A DNA stretch of 64,000 nt, taken from assembly GCA_963730445.1 (NCBI GenBank), contig CAVSRX010000007.1:115554-179553 (forward strand). The letters are read 5' to 3'. Positions 46,725 to 55,487 of this stretch are shown one piece after another. This DNA comes from Vicinamibacterales bacterium. GTDB taxonomy: Bacteria; Acidobacteriota; Vicinamibacteria; Vicinamibacterales; JAMQPK01. The first letter of the stretch is position 1. Each line of letters begins with the position of its first letter. Below the pieces are notes generated by a model. The model was not told the DNA's origin, searched no databases, and worked only from the letters and a program-made list of their open reading frames with translations. A program made the translations under genes and the position numbers.

Positions 46725-47678
46725 GTGATTGACATCACGACCGACGCCATCGAGCAGTATCGTGAGGCGCGTTTACCATCCGGGCTCGCCGCGACGAATC
46801 GGGATCTATCGCTGCTCCGGGCGATGTTCAATTGGGCGATTCGCACAAAGCATGTGAAAGAAACACCATTCAAACTAGGGACAGAGTCGATCGTGAGACT
46901 GGCTCGCGAAGCCCCGCGGTCTCGCCGGCTTGAACCTGGGGAGGGTGAGCGGCTGCTCGCGGCCTGCGGGCCGCACCTTCGCGCCGTGGTCGAGGCAGCG
47001 CTCGAGACGGGGATGCGCCGCGGCGAAATCTTGTCGTTACAGTGGTCACAGATGCGATCGGAGCCACGGGCGGAGGTGTTTTTGCCGGCGAGCAAGACGA
47101 AGACACGAACCGATCGCCGGATCCCGATCTCGGGGCGGTTGCAGATGATTATCGACATGCGGAAGATCGGCCCCGATGGGCAGGAACACGCGGCCGATGA
47201 CTACGTCTTCGGGAACGAGTGCGGCGAACAGGTGACGACGTTCAAACGGGCATGGGAACGCGCGGTGCTGGTGGCTCACGGCCACAAGGCGCAGTACGTG
47301 AAGCGCGAGGCTGGCGAAGGCAAGAAGCCTGTGAAGACGGCCGTGTTGACGATCGAGAGCCGCGTGCTACTCCGCGGCATCAACCTACACTTCCACGATC
47401 TTCGGCGCGAGGCCGGCTCACGATGGCTGGAAGGCGGCGTCGGGTTGCACATCGTGCGTGACTGGCTCGGCCATACAAACGTCGCGCAGACGTCCACGTA
47501 CTTGTCGGGCACGATGCAGGGTCAGCACGACGCGATGAAGCAGGACCAAGCCCGCCGAGAGGCTGTGCAACAAAGTGCAACGGCATCGGGGAAACCCGGC
47601 AAGAAACGGCGACGACTCGCTATGATCCCGAAGACGAGACCACGAAAGGGTTCAACAATCTCCCATCGGGCACATTAA
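46725..47678 (+). CDS. tyrosine recombinase/integrase, probably N-terminally shortened
   Basis: ALETGMRRGEIL (Arg), HFHDLRREAGS (H-x-x-R), WLGHTNVAQTSTYL (His and the catalytic Tyr). GTG start, only 317 aa, with no arm-binding domain visible. Confidence 0.85.
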   Translation: MIDITTDAIEQYREARLPSGLAATNRDLSLLRAMFNWAIRTKHVKETPFKLGTESIVRLAREAPRSRRLEPGEGERLLAACGPHLRAVVEAALETGMRRGEILSLQWSQMRSEPRAEVFLPASKTKTRTDRRIPISGRLQMIIDMRKIGPDGQEHAADDYVFGNECGEQVTTFKRAWERAVLVAHGHKAQYVKREAGEGKKPVKTAVLTIESRVLLRGINLHFHDLRREAGSRWLEGGVGLHIVRDWLGHTNVAQTSTYLSGTMQGQHDAMKQDQARREAVQQSATASGKPGKKRRRLAMIPKTRPRKGSTISHRAH

Positions 47679-47681
47679 TTT

Positions 47682-47733
47682 CCTGCCTTGGGCGCAGGGG
47701 GTCGCTGGTTCGAATCCAGTCGCCCCGACCACT
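47682..47733 (+). repeat. attR: duplicated 3' 52 nt of tRNA-Pro
   Basis: cctgccttgggcgcagggggtcgctggttcgaatccagtcgccccgaccact is identical to 44193-44244. It lacks the 5' acceptor and D-arm, so it is not a tRNA gene. Confidence 0.9.
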
Positions 47734-47734
47734 C

Positions 47735-48440
47735 CTAATTCGTCACCCTCACGTTAGTCGGGCTGCCGGGGGGTGAAACATTTCCTATCTGGGTAATCGT
47801 CACGGTCTGTCCGGCAATCGTCAGGGTGCCTGTGCGTGACGTGGGCGCCGAGTTAGCCGCCACTGTGTAGCCGGCAGTACCGCTGGATATGGTGCTTCCG
47901 CCGCTGGTGACCGTGATCCACGATGCATTGCTGACCGTGTTCCAGATGCACCCGGTGGTCGTCGTCACGGCGGTGGTGAACGCTCCACCAGCCGCCGCCG
48001 CGGTTTGCGCGTTCGGTGAAATCGTAAAGCTACAAGCGTACCGCTCTGAGTGACGGTGAGCGTCTGTCCCGGCGATCGTTAGCGTTCCGGTGCGCGGACT
48101 GGTCGCGGTGCGCGCCGCGACATTGTAAGTAACCGTGCCAGTGCCTGTGCCGCTGCTGCCGGCCGTGACCGTGATCCACGCCGTACTGTTGCTCACGCCG
48201 GTCCATGTGCATCCGCTCGTCGTGGTCACGGCGGCTGTCTGCGACCCGCCAGCCGCAATCACGCTTTGCGCCGTCGGTGCGATGCTGAAACTGCACGCGC
48301 CCCCCTGGGTGCCGTCACCGTCTGGCCGGCGATCGTCAGCGTGCCGGTGCGCGGAGTGGCCGAGGTGTTTGCTGCCACTGTGTACGCCACAGTGCCGTTC
48401 CCCGTTCCACTTCCGCCGCTTGTGACCGTGATCCAGGACG
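47735..48440 (-). pseudogene. BACON-like/Ig-like repeat protein fragment (three repeats, no start, abrupt end)
   Basis: Three repeats of ..CSF.I.P.AQ...AAGG..T.AVTTT.GC.W..VSN..WITVT.G.SG.G.G.V.Y.VAAN....[15 protein letters not shown] are spread over ORFs 48259..48483, 48030..48296 and 47735..48262. It begins mid-repeat right after the stop of the neighbouring gene (48441). It ends ..PPGSPTNVRVTN-TAG, 1 nt from attR. Confidence 0.6.
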
Positions 48441-48926
48441 CTAGGGGACCCAGCCGGGCAGCGCGGCCGCCTGCCTGATCCACGTCGTCATCTGCGCCTC
48501 GTCGAGCTGGTCGCCCTTGCGGATGTCAAGGTAGCGCACTTCCTTGTGCTTGGACTCGCCAGGCGGGACAGGACGCAGCAACGTGCCGCGGAAGAAAGCC
48601 ACCTTGACGTAATGCGTGAAGGTATGGAAGCTGAGGAACCAGCCCTGGCCCTCGACTCCGTAGAAGGGCGAGTTCCATTTGACCGCCTTGCGCACGCCGG
48701 GGACGGTGCGCTCGATGAGCGCGTCGAGGCGGCGCCCGACGTCGCTTTTCCAGCCCGGCATCGCCGCAATGTAGGCCTGCACGGGAGCGTCGCCGTCGGC
48801 TTTCGCAATCTGAGGGTTGCCGCCTGCGAGGAGCGCCGGCTTTCCGGCAACTCGCCGGGCGGCCCTCTTCTTTGCGACCTTCGCCGATTTCCTCGCGGTC
48901 TTCTTCTTCGCCGCCGCCTTCTTCAT
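48441..48926 (-). CDS. DUF1801 (YdhG-like) domain protein with a Lys/Ala-rich N-terminal tail
   Basis: [25 protein letters not shown].. followed by ..[64 protein letters not shown]. Confidence 0.6.
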   Translation of the reverse strand: MKKAAAKKKTARKSAKVAKKRAARRVAGKPALLAGGNPQIAKADGDAPVQAYIAAMPGWKSDVGRRLDALIERTVPGVRKAVKWNSPFYGVEGQGWFLSFHTFTHYVKVAFFRGTLLRPVPPGESKHKEVRYLDIRKGDQLDEAQMTTWIRQAAALPGWVP

Positions 48927-48991
48927 CGTATTGCCCTCACATGAATGTGGCGCTCCTCACCCGCTCAATCTCGGCAATGTTTTCGCGCCAT

Positions 48992-49012
48992 AAATTTCGT
49001 CCGCCGAAATTT
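48992..49012. promoter_or_regulatory. perfect 8-bp palindrome AAATTTCG-TCCGC-CGAAATTT in a divergent promoter region
   Basis: Read directly. It lies 39-59 nt upstream of the proline dehydrogenase ATG (49051), in the 124-bp gap shared with the divergent DUF1801 gene. Confidence 0.35.
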
Positions 49013-49050
49013 TCGATCTATTCTCGGACGGACATTTCTGACCTCACATT

Positions 49051-50010
49051 ATGGGCCTGATGCGCAGACTGTTGCTCGCCGGCTCCGAGAGCCCGTGGTT
49101 GCGCCGCCACGCGCCGCACCTGCCGTTTATCAGGAAGGCGGTGAGGCGCTTCATGCCCGGTGAGACGCTCCACGATGCGCTGACCGCGGCCGCCGAACTG
49201 CGCCAGCGGAGCATAAGCACCGTGCTCACGGAATTGGGTGAGAACGTCTCCGACGCGGCTCAGGCCGATGACGTCACTCGTCACTACGTGGATGCGCTAA
49301 CAAAGATTGGCGCCAGTGGACTGGATTGCCACATCTCTGTGAAGTTGACCCAACTCGGTCTCGACGTCGATCGTGCGCGGTGTTTCGCCAACCTGCGCTC
49401 ACTCGTCGCATGCGCGAAAGAGCACGGCACCATCGTCTGGATCGATATGGAGCAGCACGCGTACGTCGATGCGACGTTGGAGATCTATCGTCGCGTGCTG
49501 GCTGATTTCCCCAATGTCGGCGTGTGCCTGCAGGCATACCTGTATCGCACGGCCAATGATCTGACGACGCTAATTCCGCACGGCCCGCCTTCGCCAGGCT
49601 TCGGCGCGGCAGGCGGTGTGCGGCTGGTGAAAGGCGCATATCGCGAGCCCGCCAGCGTCGCCTACCCGAAAAAACACGACGTCGACGACAACTTTCTGGC
49701 GCTTGCCAAGCTGATGATGGGGCCCGACTTGCGGACAGCCGGCTTTCGTGCCGTGTTCGGCACGCACGACTGGCGGCTGATTACAGCGATTCACGACCAC
49801 ATGGACGCGACCGGCCAACCTCGTGAGTCAGTCGAATTCCATCTGCTGTTCGGTATTCAACGCGCGTTGCAGGCGCGGCTGGCGCGCGAGCGCTATCGGG
49901 TTCGCGTCCTCGTCAGTTACGGCGAGCAGTGGTTTCCCTGGTACATGCGACGATTGGCAGAGCGCCCCGCGAACGTGCTGTTTGTCGCGAAGTCGATGCT
50001 GTCGCGCTAG
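49051..50010 (+). CDS. proline dehydrogenase (monofunctional PutA-like)
   Basis: ..ISVKLTQLG..IDMEQHAYVDATLEIYRRV..GVCLQAYLYRT..VRLVKGAY..FGTHD..LVSYGEQWFPWYMRRLAERPANV. Confidence 0.85.
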   Translation: MGLMRRLLLAGSESPWLRRHAPHLPFIRKAVRRFMPGETLHDALTAAAELRQRSISTVLTELGENVSDAAQADDVTRHYVDALTKIGASGLDCHISVKLTQLGLDVDRARCFANLRSLVACAKEHGTIVWIDMEQHAYVDATLEIYRRVLADFPNVGVCLQAYLYRTANDLTTLIPHGPPSPGFGAAGGVRLVKGAYREPASVAYPKKHDVDDNFLALAKLMMGPDLRTAGFRAVFGTHDWRLITAIHDHMDATGQPRESVEFHLLFGIQRALQARLARERYRVRVLVSYGEQWFPWYMRRLAERPANVLFVAKSMLSR

Positions 50011-50022
50011 ACTCTCCGTCTC

Positions 50023-51204
50023 ATGCCCTCGACGCTTACGCATCTCCAATGTTCACGCGACAGGTGCGCAGAGGTGGTACCGCACACCTCACTGCAGAAC
50101 CTCTGCCCCGCTTGCAAGGCGCCGCTGCTCGCACGGTACGACCTGGCTGCGGCAAAACGAACGCTCAACCTCGAAGCGCTGCGCACACGAGCGCACTCGA
50201 TGTGGCGGTACGAAGAAGTGCTTCCCGGAGCGCCGCCGATTACGCTTGGCGAAGGGATGACGCCCCTGATTCAGGCCGGCCGCCTCGGCGAGCGGGTCGG
50301 ACTCCGGCACTTGTATATAAAGGATGAGGGATTGAACCCGACGGCGTCATTCAAAGCGCGGGGGCTCGCGGCCGCGGTCACTATGGCAAAAGCCCTCGGG
50401 GCTACGACCCTCGCCCTGCCGACGGCCGGTAACGCGGGCGGCGCCGCGGCGGCCTACGCGGCGAAGGCCGGAATGGGATGCGTCATCGCGATGCCTTCCG
50501 ACACTCCGACAGCGAACATCGTCGAATCGCGAGCGTTCGGCGCCGACGTGCGGTTGATCGACGGGCTTATTTCCGACTGCGGGAAGTTCATCGCCGACCG
50601 CGCCGCTAAAGAAGGCTGGTTCGAAGTCTCCACGCTGAAAGAGCCGTATCGCATCGAAGGCAAAAAAACGATGGGGCTTGAGCTATGGGAGGAGTTCGGC
50701 GGTAGATTGCCCGATGCGATCGTCTATCCGACGGGCGGCGGGGTTGGACTGATCGGCATGTGGAAGGCGTTCGAAGAGCTCGAAGCGATGGGCCTCATCG
50801 GACGCGAGCGCCCGCGGATGATTTCTGCCCAGGCCGCAGGCTGCGCACCCATCGTCAAAGCGTTCGAGCAGCATCGCGACAGCTCCGAGTTCTTCGACAA
50901 CGCCGCCACGCTCGCCTCCGGCCTGCGCGTACCGAAACCGCTCGGCGATTTTCTGATCCTCGCAGGCCTCTATGCCAGCGGCGGCGACGCCGTCTCCGCG
51001 ACCGACGATGAAATGCTCAAAGCCTGTCGCGATATGGCGGCGTTGGAAGGTATCTTCGCCGCGCCCGAAGGCGGCGCCGGGCTCGTCGCGATCGAGAAGC
51101 TTGTGAAGGATAGAAAGATTCAGGCCGACGAAACCGTCGTGCTCTTCAACACCGGCAGCGGCTACAAATACCTCGAGTCCTGGCAAACAGCTTTGGAGAG
51201 TTGA
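50023..51204 (+). CDS. thrC: threonine synthase-family PLP enzyme with an N-terminal zinc ribbon
   Basis: LQCSRDRC..CPACKAPL, then ..LYIKDEGLNPTASFKARGLA (PLP-Lys) ..YPTGGGVGLIG..LFNTGSGYKY. It starts 12 nt after the previous gene. Confidence 0.8.
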   Translation: MPSTLTHLQCSRDRCAEVVPHTSLQNLCPACKAPLLARYDLAAAKRTLNLEALRTRAHSMWRYEEVLPGAPPITLGEGMTPLIQAGRLGERVGLRHLYIKDEGLNPTASFKARGLAAAVTMAKALGATTLALPTAGNAGGAAAAYAAKAGMGCVIAMPSDTPTANIVESRAFGADVRLIDGLISDCGKFIADRAAKEGWFEVSTLKEPYRIEGKKTMGLELWEEFGGRLPDAIVYPTGGGVGLIGMWKAFEELEAMGLIGRERPRMISAQAAGCAPIVKAFEQHRDSSEFFDNAATLASGLRVPKPLGDFLILAGLYASGGDAVSATDDEMLKACRDMAALEGIFAAPEGGAGLVAIEKLVKDRKIQADETVVLFNTGSGYKYLESWQTALES

Positions 51205-51205
51205 C

Positions 51206-52024
51206 ATGAAAATCCTGCTTGCTCTCGCCGCGTTGCTGCAGACCGTCGCACCGGCAGCCGGACCAAACCCGGCCGACTTTCCTCAGCAGAAAAAACTCGC
51301 GGAGCACGTCTACGTCTGGTCCGACGTGCACCCATCGGGTCTCTACACCACGAACAACCTCATCGTCATTACAACGGATGGCGTGCTTGTGGCCGACGCA
51401 CAGAGAGACGCGGCGACGACGAAGAAGATGATCGACGGGATCGGGGCGCTCACCCGGCAGCCGATCAAGGTGGTGGTCATTGGATCCGAGCATGGCGATC
51501 ACACGGGCGGCAATGCGGCGTTCCCGTCGAGCGTCACCTTCATCAAGAACCCGTTGCTCAACGGCAAACAGACCACGCTGAAGATGGGAGGCACGGAGAT
51601 TCAGGTGCTCGACCGTGGCCGCGCGCACACCGGAACCGACCTCGTGGTGTACCTGCCGAAGGAGAAGATCCTCTTCGCGAGCGAGGCGTATTCGCATCAC
51701 ATTTTTCCGAACATGCGCGCCGCAGTTCCAGCGGAGTGGATTCAGACGATCAAGAACATCCGCGCAATCGATGCGAGCACCATCATCCCTGGCCACGGCT
51801 ATGTCGAGGACGGGCCGGCGATGAGGGCGTCACTGGCCGAGTTCGACAACGCTCTTCAACACATTGTCGCGGAAGCCACGCGCCTTCACACCGCAGGCGC
51901 CTCGATTGAGGCGGCGACCAAACAGGCCAACTGGGGCCCCTATGCCGCGTGGACCGCAAGCGATCGGAACGCGCCGGTTGCCATCCAGCGGGTCTACGAC
52001 GCGCTTGACGGAAAACTGAAGTAA
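51206..52024 (+). CDS. secreted metallo-beta-lactamase-fold hydrolase
   Basis: Signal peptide MKILLALAALLQTVAPAAG. Motifs VVVIGSEHGDHTGG and ..IIPGHGYV. It starts 1 nt after the thrC-like stop. Confidence 0.7.
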   Translation: MKILLALAALLQTVAPAAGPNPADFPQQKKLAEHVYVWSDVHPSGLYTTNNLIVITTDGVLVADAQRDAATTKKMIDGIGALTRQPIKVVVIGSEHGDHTGGNAAFPSSVTFIKNPLLNGKQTTLKMGGTEIQVLDRGRAHTGTDLVVYLPKEKILFASEAYSHHIFPNMRAAVPAEWIQTIKNIRAIDASTIIPGHGYVEDGPAMRASLAEFDNALQHIVAEATRLHTAGASIEAATKQANWGPYAAWTASDRNAPVAIQRVYDALDGKLK

Positions 52025-52027
52025 GAC

Positions 52028-53452
52028 GTGAGACGCGACTGGAGAACACTCCACCTGCTGGGTGGACCGCTGGCGTTTCTCGCGTTGCTGCTGCTTCCGG
52101 CTTCGGTGCTGGACTATCCAGTGCGCGGTAGCCTTGGGCTCCTCGTCTGGATGTCGTGGTGGTGGATATTCGAGCCGGTGAATCTGGCGGTTACTGGATT
52201 CCTTCCGCTGGTCGTGCTCGCCCTCTTCAACTTCCTTCCGGTCGCCAGAATCCTTCCGTCCTATTCAGAAGAGCTGATCTTTCTGCTGCTCGGCGCCAAC
52301 ATCCTCTCCACTGTCTGGACCAGGTGGGGATTGGATCGGCGCATCGCGCTTGCGTCGTTGATAGGAGTAGGCACCGGCACGCGGCGGCAAATCATGGTGT
52401 GGTTTGCCATCGCAACATTACTGAGTGCGTTTCTGCCGAACACGGTCGTCGCGGCGGCGATGATCCCCGTCGTCCTCGCGATGCTTCGCTTCATCGGCAT
52501 CGAGGATATCGGCACGAGCGTGTTCGGGTCGGCGCTCGTCATCGCAATCGCATGGGGCACGAGCGTCGGAGGATTCTGGACGCCGCTCGGCGGCGCTCCC
52601 AATCTGCTGACGATCAAGCTGCTGCAGCAGACGGTCATATCGCACGAGTTTCTGTTCATGACGTGGGTGACACGGCTACTCCCACTGACCATAGCGGTCG
52701 CCATCGTGTCGTTCGTCTTCATGTGGTTCGCGTTCACGCCGGAGATCGAGCACGTCGAAGGCACGCGCGACTATTTCGCTCAGGAACTGCGTTCGCTTGG
52801 GAACATGACGACGCCCGAGAAGTGGGGGTTGGGGTTTTTTCTCGCAGCGACGATGCTTGCGTTCACCCGGCAGTTCTACTCGACTCTTCTACCGGGCTTG
52901 AACCCGGCTTATGTCTTCCTGACCTTCGCGATGCTCTGTTTCGCGATCCGCCACAAGGGCGAGCCGCTGTTGACCTGGGAGTACGCGCAGAAAAACATGG
53001 CGTGGGGCCTGTTCTACCTGTTCGCCGGCGGCGCCGCGCTCGGCGAGATTCTCAGCCAGACCGGCACCGCAAAGCTCGTCGCAGACCTGCTCATCCCCTT
53101 CGCCGGCGGCGGAGGATTTCGCGCGGTGCTCGTCTTCTCACTGATCACGATGGCCGTCACGCAGATTACGAGCAACACGGCTGCGATCGGCATCATGGTC
53201 CCGATTACGATCAGCACCTTTCAGAGCCTGGGGATGAACCCGATCCCGTACGTCTATATCGTCGCGGTGGCGGGAAACTGCGGTGTGATGTTGCCTTCGT
53301 CTGCTGGTGGCCCGGCGGTCGCCGCGGGCTACGGGGTGAACCTGAAGATGATGTTCTCGCGCGGCGCGTGGCTCGCGGGCCTGCTGTGGGTCGTCATCGC
53401 CCTGGTGGGATACGCGCTGTTCGCGTATTGGCCGGGCTTCGGGATTGCCTGA
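52028..53452 (+). CDS. DASS/SLC13-family anion:cation symporter
   Basis: GTG start 3 nt after the MBL stop. 474 aa, highly hydrophobic, with ..SAFLPNTVVAAAMIPV.. and ..TQITSNTAAIGIMVPI.. hairpin-like repeats. Confidence 0.7.
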   Translation: MRRDWRTLHLLGGPLAFLALLLLPASVLDYPVRGSLGLLVWMSWWWIFEPVNLAVTGFLPLVVLALFNFLPVARILPSYSEELIFLLLGANILSTVWTRWGLDRRIALASLIGVGTGTRRQIMVWFAIATLLSAFLPNTVVAAAMIPVVLAMLRFIGIEDIGTSVFGSALVIAIAWGTSVGGFWTPLGGAPNLLTIKLLQQTVISHEFLFMTWVTRLLPLTIAVAIVSFVFMWFAFTPEIEHVEGTRDYFAQELRSLGNMTTPEKWGLGFFLAATMLAFTRQFYSTLLPGLNPAYVFLTFAMLCFAIRHKGEPLLTWEYAQKNMAWGLFYLFAGGAALGEILSQTGTAKLVADLLIPFAGGGGFRAVLVFSLITMAVTQITSNTAAIGIMVPITISTFQSLGMNPIPYVYIVAVAGNCGVMLPSSAGGPAVAAGYGVNLKMMFSRGAWLAGLLWVVIALVGYALFAYWPGFGIA

Positions 53453-53522
53453 GGGTATTATCCCTTTTGCCTCTGGTGAGCCACACTCCGCTTCGTTTGC
53501 GCATTGGTACTAAGGAGCGTTC

Positions 53523-54449
53523 ATGAACAGTGCGCGCGCTGTCGCAATTGTCATCGCTATTGCCGCGCTTTCCGGGTGCGCCACGGCCAACTCGCTTGCC
53601 GTCAAGGGGGTCGCGAGCACGCTTTCAGAAGGCGGCGACACCGTCAGGTCGCACGACGATCCGGACCTGATCGCGGGCGCCATGCCGTTCGCCTTGATGC
53701 TGCACGAATCGCTGTTGGCCTCCGTGCCCACACACGAGCCGCTGCTCACCACGACGTGCAGCCTGTTCACGCAGTACGCGTTCGGATTCGTTGCCGCCGA
53801 CGCCGAAATGCTGCAGCGGGACGATTACGAACGATCGAAGCAGCTCAGCGACCGCGCGTTCAGGCTCGCGGAGCGCGGACGGCATTACTGCTGGCGCGGA
53901 CTCGAAGTGAGGTTTCGCGGCATCAGCCAGGCGCTCAAGGCCGATCCCGTCCATGCGCTCGACCGCGCGAAGAAGGAAAATGCGGCGCTCCTCTACTGGT
54001 CTGCGGCCTCACTGGGCGCGGCCATCTCGACCGGCGGCATCGAGCACCCGGAACTGCTGATTGACTGGCCGGTCGTGCGGGCGCTTGCGGAGCGGGCGCT
54101 CGTCGTGGACGAAACGTGGAACAACGGATCGATTCCCGAGCTGATGATCACGGTCGAGAGCCAGGGCGACGCCCTCGGCGGCTCCGAAGAGCGCGCGCGC
54201 CGGTACTTCGCGCGCGCGGTCGAGATTCAGCGAGGCCTGTCGCCGGGCCCGTATGTCGCGCTGGCCACAGGTGTGGTCAAGAGCAAGCAGGACCGTGACG
54301 AGTTCAAGAAGCTGCTCGACGCAGCGCTCGCGATCGACCCTGAAAAGGATCCGGGCCACCGACTCGTGACACTCATCACGCAAAAGCGCGCGCGCCTCCT
54401 GCTCGAGCGCATCGACGACCTGTTCCTCGAACCCGCACCGCGTCCCTGA
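53523..54449 (+). CDS. TatT-type TRAP-transporter accessory lipoprotein (TPR-like T-component)
   Basis: Lipobox IAIAALSG-C, then ..DDPDLIAGAMPFALMLHESLLASVP..LLTTTCSLFTQYAFGFV.., typical of TatT-family proteins. It abuts the DctP-like gene. Confidence 0.7.
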   Translation: MNSARAVAIVIAIAALSGCATANSLAVKGVASTLSEGGDTVRSHDDPDLIAGAMPFALMLHESLLASVPTHEPLLTTTCSLFTQYAFGFVAADAEMLQRDDYERSKQLSDRAFRLAERGRHYCWRGLEVRFRGISQALKADPVHALDRAKKENAALLYWSAASLGAAISTGGIEHPELLIDWPVVRALAERALVVDETWNNGSIPELMITVESQGDALGGSEERARRYFARAVEIQRGLSPGPYVALATGVVKSKQDRDEFKKLLDAALAIDPEKDPGHRLVTLITQKRARLLLERIDDLFLEPAPRP

Positions 54450-55487
54450 TTGGTGGAGGCCATGACTATGTTCGGCACGATCCCATATCGATTCGTCACC
54501 GCGCTGGCAATCATCATGACCGTCTCGCTCAGCGCGCAAGCTCCCGTTAATATCCGCCTCGCCACGCTCGCGCCGGACAATTCTCCCTGGACGAGCGCGC
54601 TGCGCTCGATGGGAACGGCCTGGGAGAAAGCCACCGAACGGCGCGTGCGCCTGACGGTGTATGCCGGCACGATTCCGAGCGAGTCGTCTGCGATCGCGCG
54701 CATGGCAGTGGATGGGCTTCAGGCGGCGACGCTGATGGTCGCGGGGCTCGCCGAAATCGATGAGTCCTTCAACATCTTTGGCGTGCCGTTTTTCTTCGAG
54801 TCGGACGCCGAGCTGGCCCACGTGCAGCAGAAGCTGACACCGCTCATCCAGCAGCGCCTTCAAGCGAGGCACTATCACCTTATCAACTGGGGCAACGCCG
54901 GCTGGGTGCAGCTCTTCTCGAAAATGCCGATTCGAACGCTTGCCGATGTGAAGCAGGCCAAGCTATACACGACGGAAGGCAACCCGAAGATGGTGCAGTG
55001 GTACACCGCCAACGGGTTTCACGCCGTACCGCTGTCGGCCGGAGAAATTCCCAAGCAATTGAAGCTGCCCACCGGCGCGATTAACGCAGCGCCGATGCCA
55101 CCCGTGTATGCCGTCGCCCTCCAGATCTTCAAGGACGCACCGCACATGCTCGACATACGCCTGGCGCCTCTGGTTGGCGCAACGGTCATGACCGACGCCG
55201 CCTGGAAGAAGATCTCGCCAGAGGATCGCCCGAAGATTCTCGCGGCTGCCTCGGCGATGGAACAGCAAATCAACACGCAAGCACCCGGGCTCGACGCCAA
55301 GTCAATTTCGGCGATGACGGCGGCGGGGCTTCAGGTCGTGAAGCTCGACGCTAACGCGGTCGCCGAATTTCGCGCCGCCGCCGAGCGTCTGGGCGCAACC
55401 CAGCGCGGCGCGATGATTCCGGCCGACGTGTACGACCTGGCCGTCCGCGAGCGCGATGCGTTCCGGAAGGCGAAGCCCGCAAAATGA
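54450..55487 (+). CDS. TRAP transporter substrate-binding protein (DctP family)
   Basis: Signal peptide, then VNIRLATLAPDNSPW..GVPFFFESDAE..INWGNAGWVQLFSK... The start may be ATG 54462. It overlaps the permease start by 4 nt. Confidence 0.75.
   Translation: MVEAMTMFGTIPYRFVTALAIIMTVSLSAQAPVNIRLATLAPDNSPWTSALRSMGTAWEKATERRVRLTVYAGTIPSESSAIARMAVDGLQAATLMVAGLAEIDESFNIFGVPFFFESDAELAHVQQKLTPLIQQRLQARHYHLINWGNAGWVQLFSKMPIRTLADVKQAKLYTTEGNPKMVQWYTANGFHAVPLSAGEIPKQLKLPTGAINAAPMPPVYAVALQIFKDAPHMLDIRLAPLVGATVMTDAAWKKISPEDRPKILAAASAMEQQINTQAPGLDAKSISAMTAAGLQVVKLDANAVAEFRAAAERLGATQRGAMIPADVYDLAVRERDAFRKAKPAK

Larger units (their letters stand above)
44193..47733. mobile_element. decayed tRNA-Pro-targeting integrative element (~3.5 kb) bounded by 52-bp perfect direct repeats
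   Basis: 44193-44244 (anticodon stem through 2 nt past CCA) is identical to 47682-47733. The interior holds a truncated primase/helicase-like ORF, a visibly lower-GC segment (~45.25-46.7 kb) and a tyrosine integrase ending 3 nt before the right repeat. Confidence 0.85.

Noticed and set aside
47682-47733. Second tRNA-Pro gene
   Set aside because: Only the 3' 52 nt (from the anticodon stem onward) are present. The 5' acceptor strand and D-arm are missing. It is interpreted as attR.
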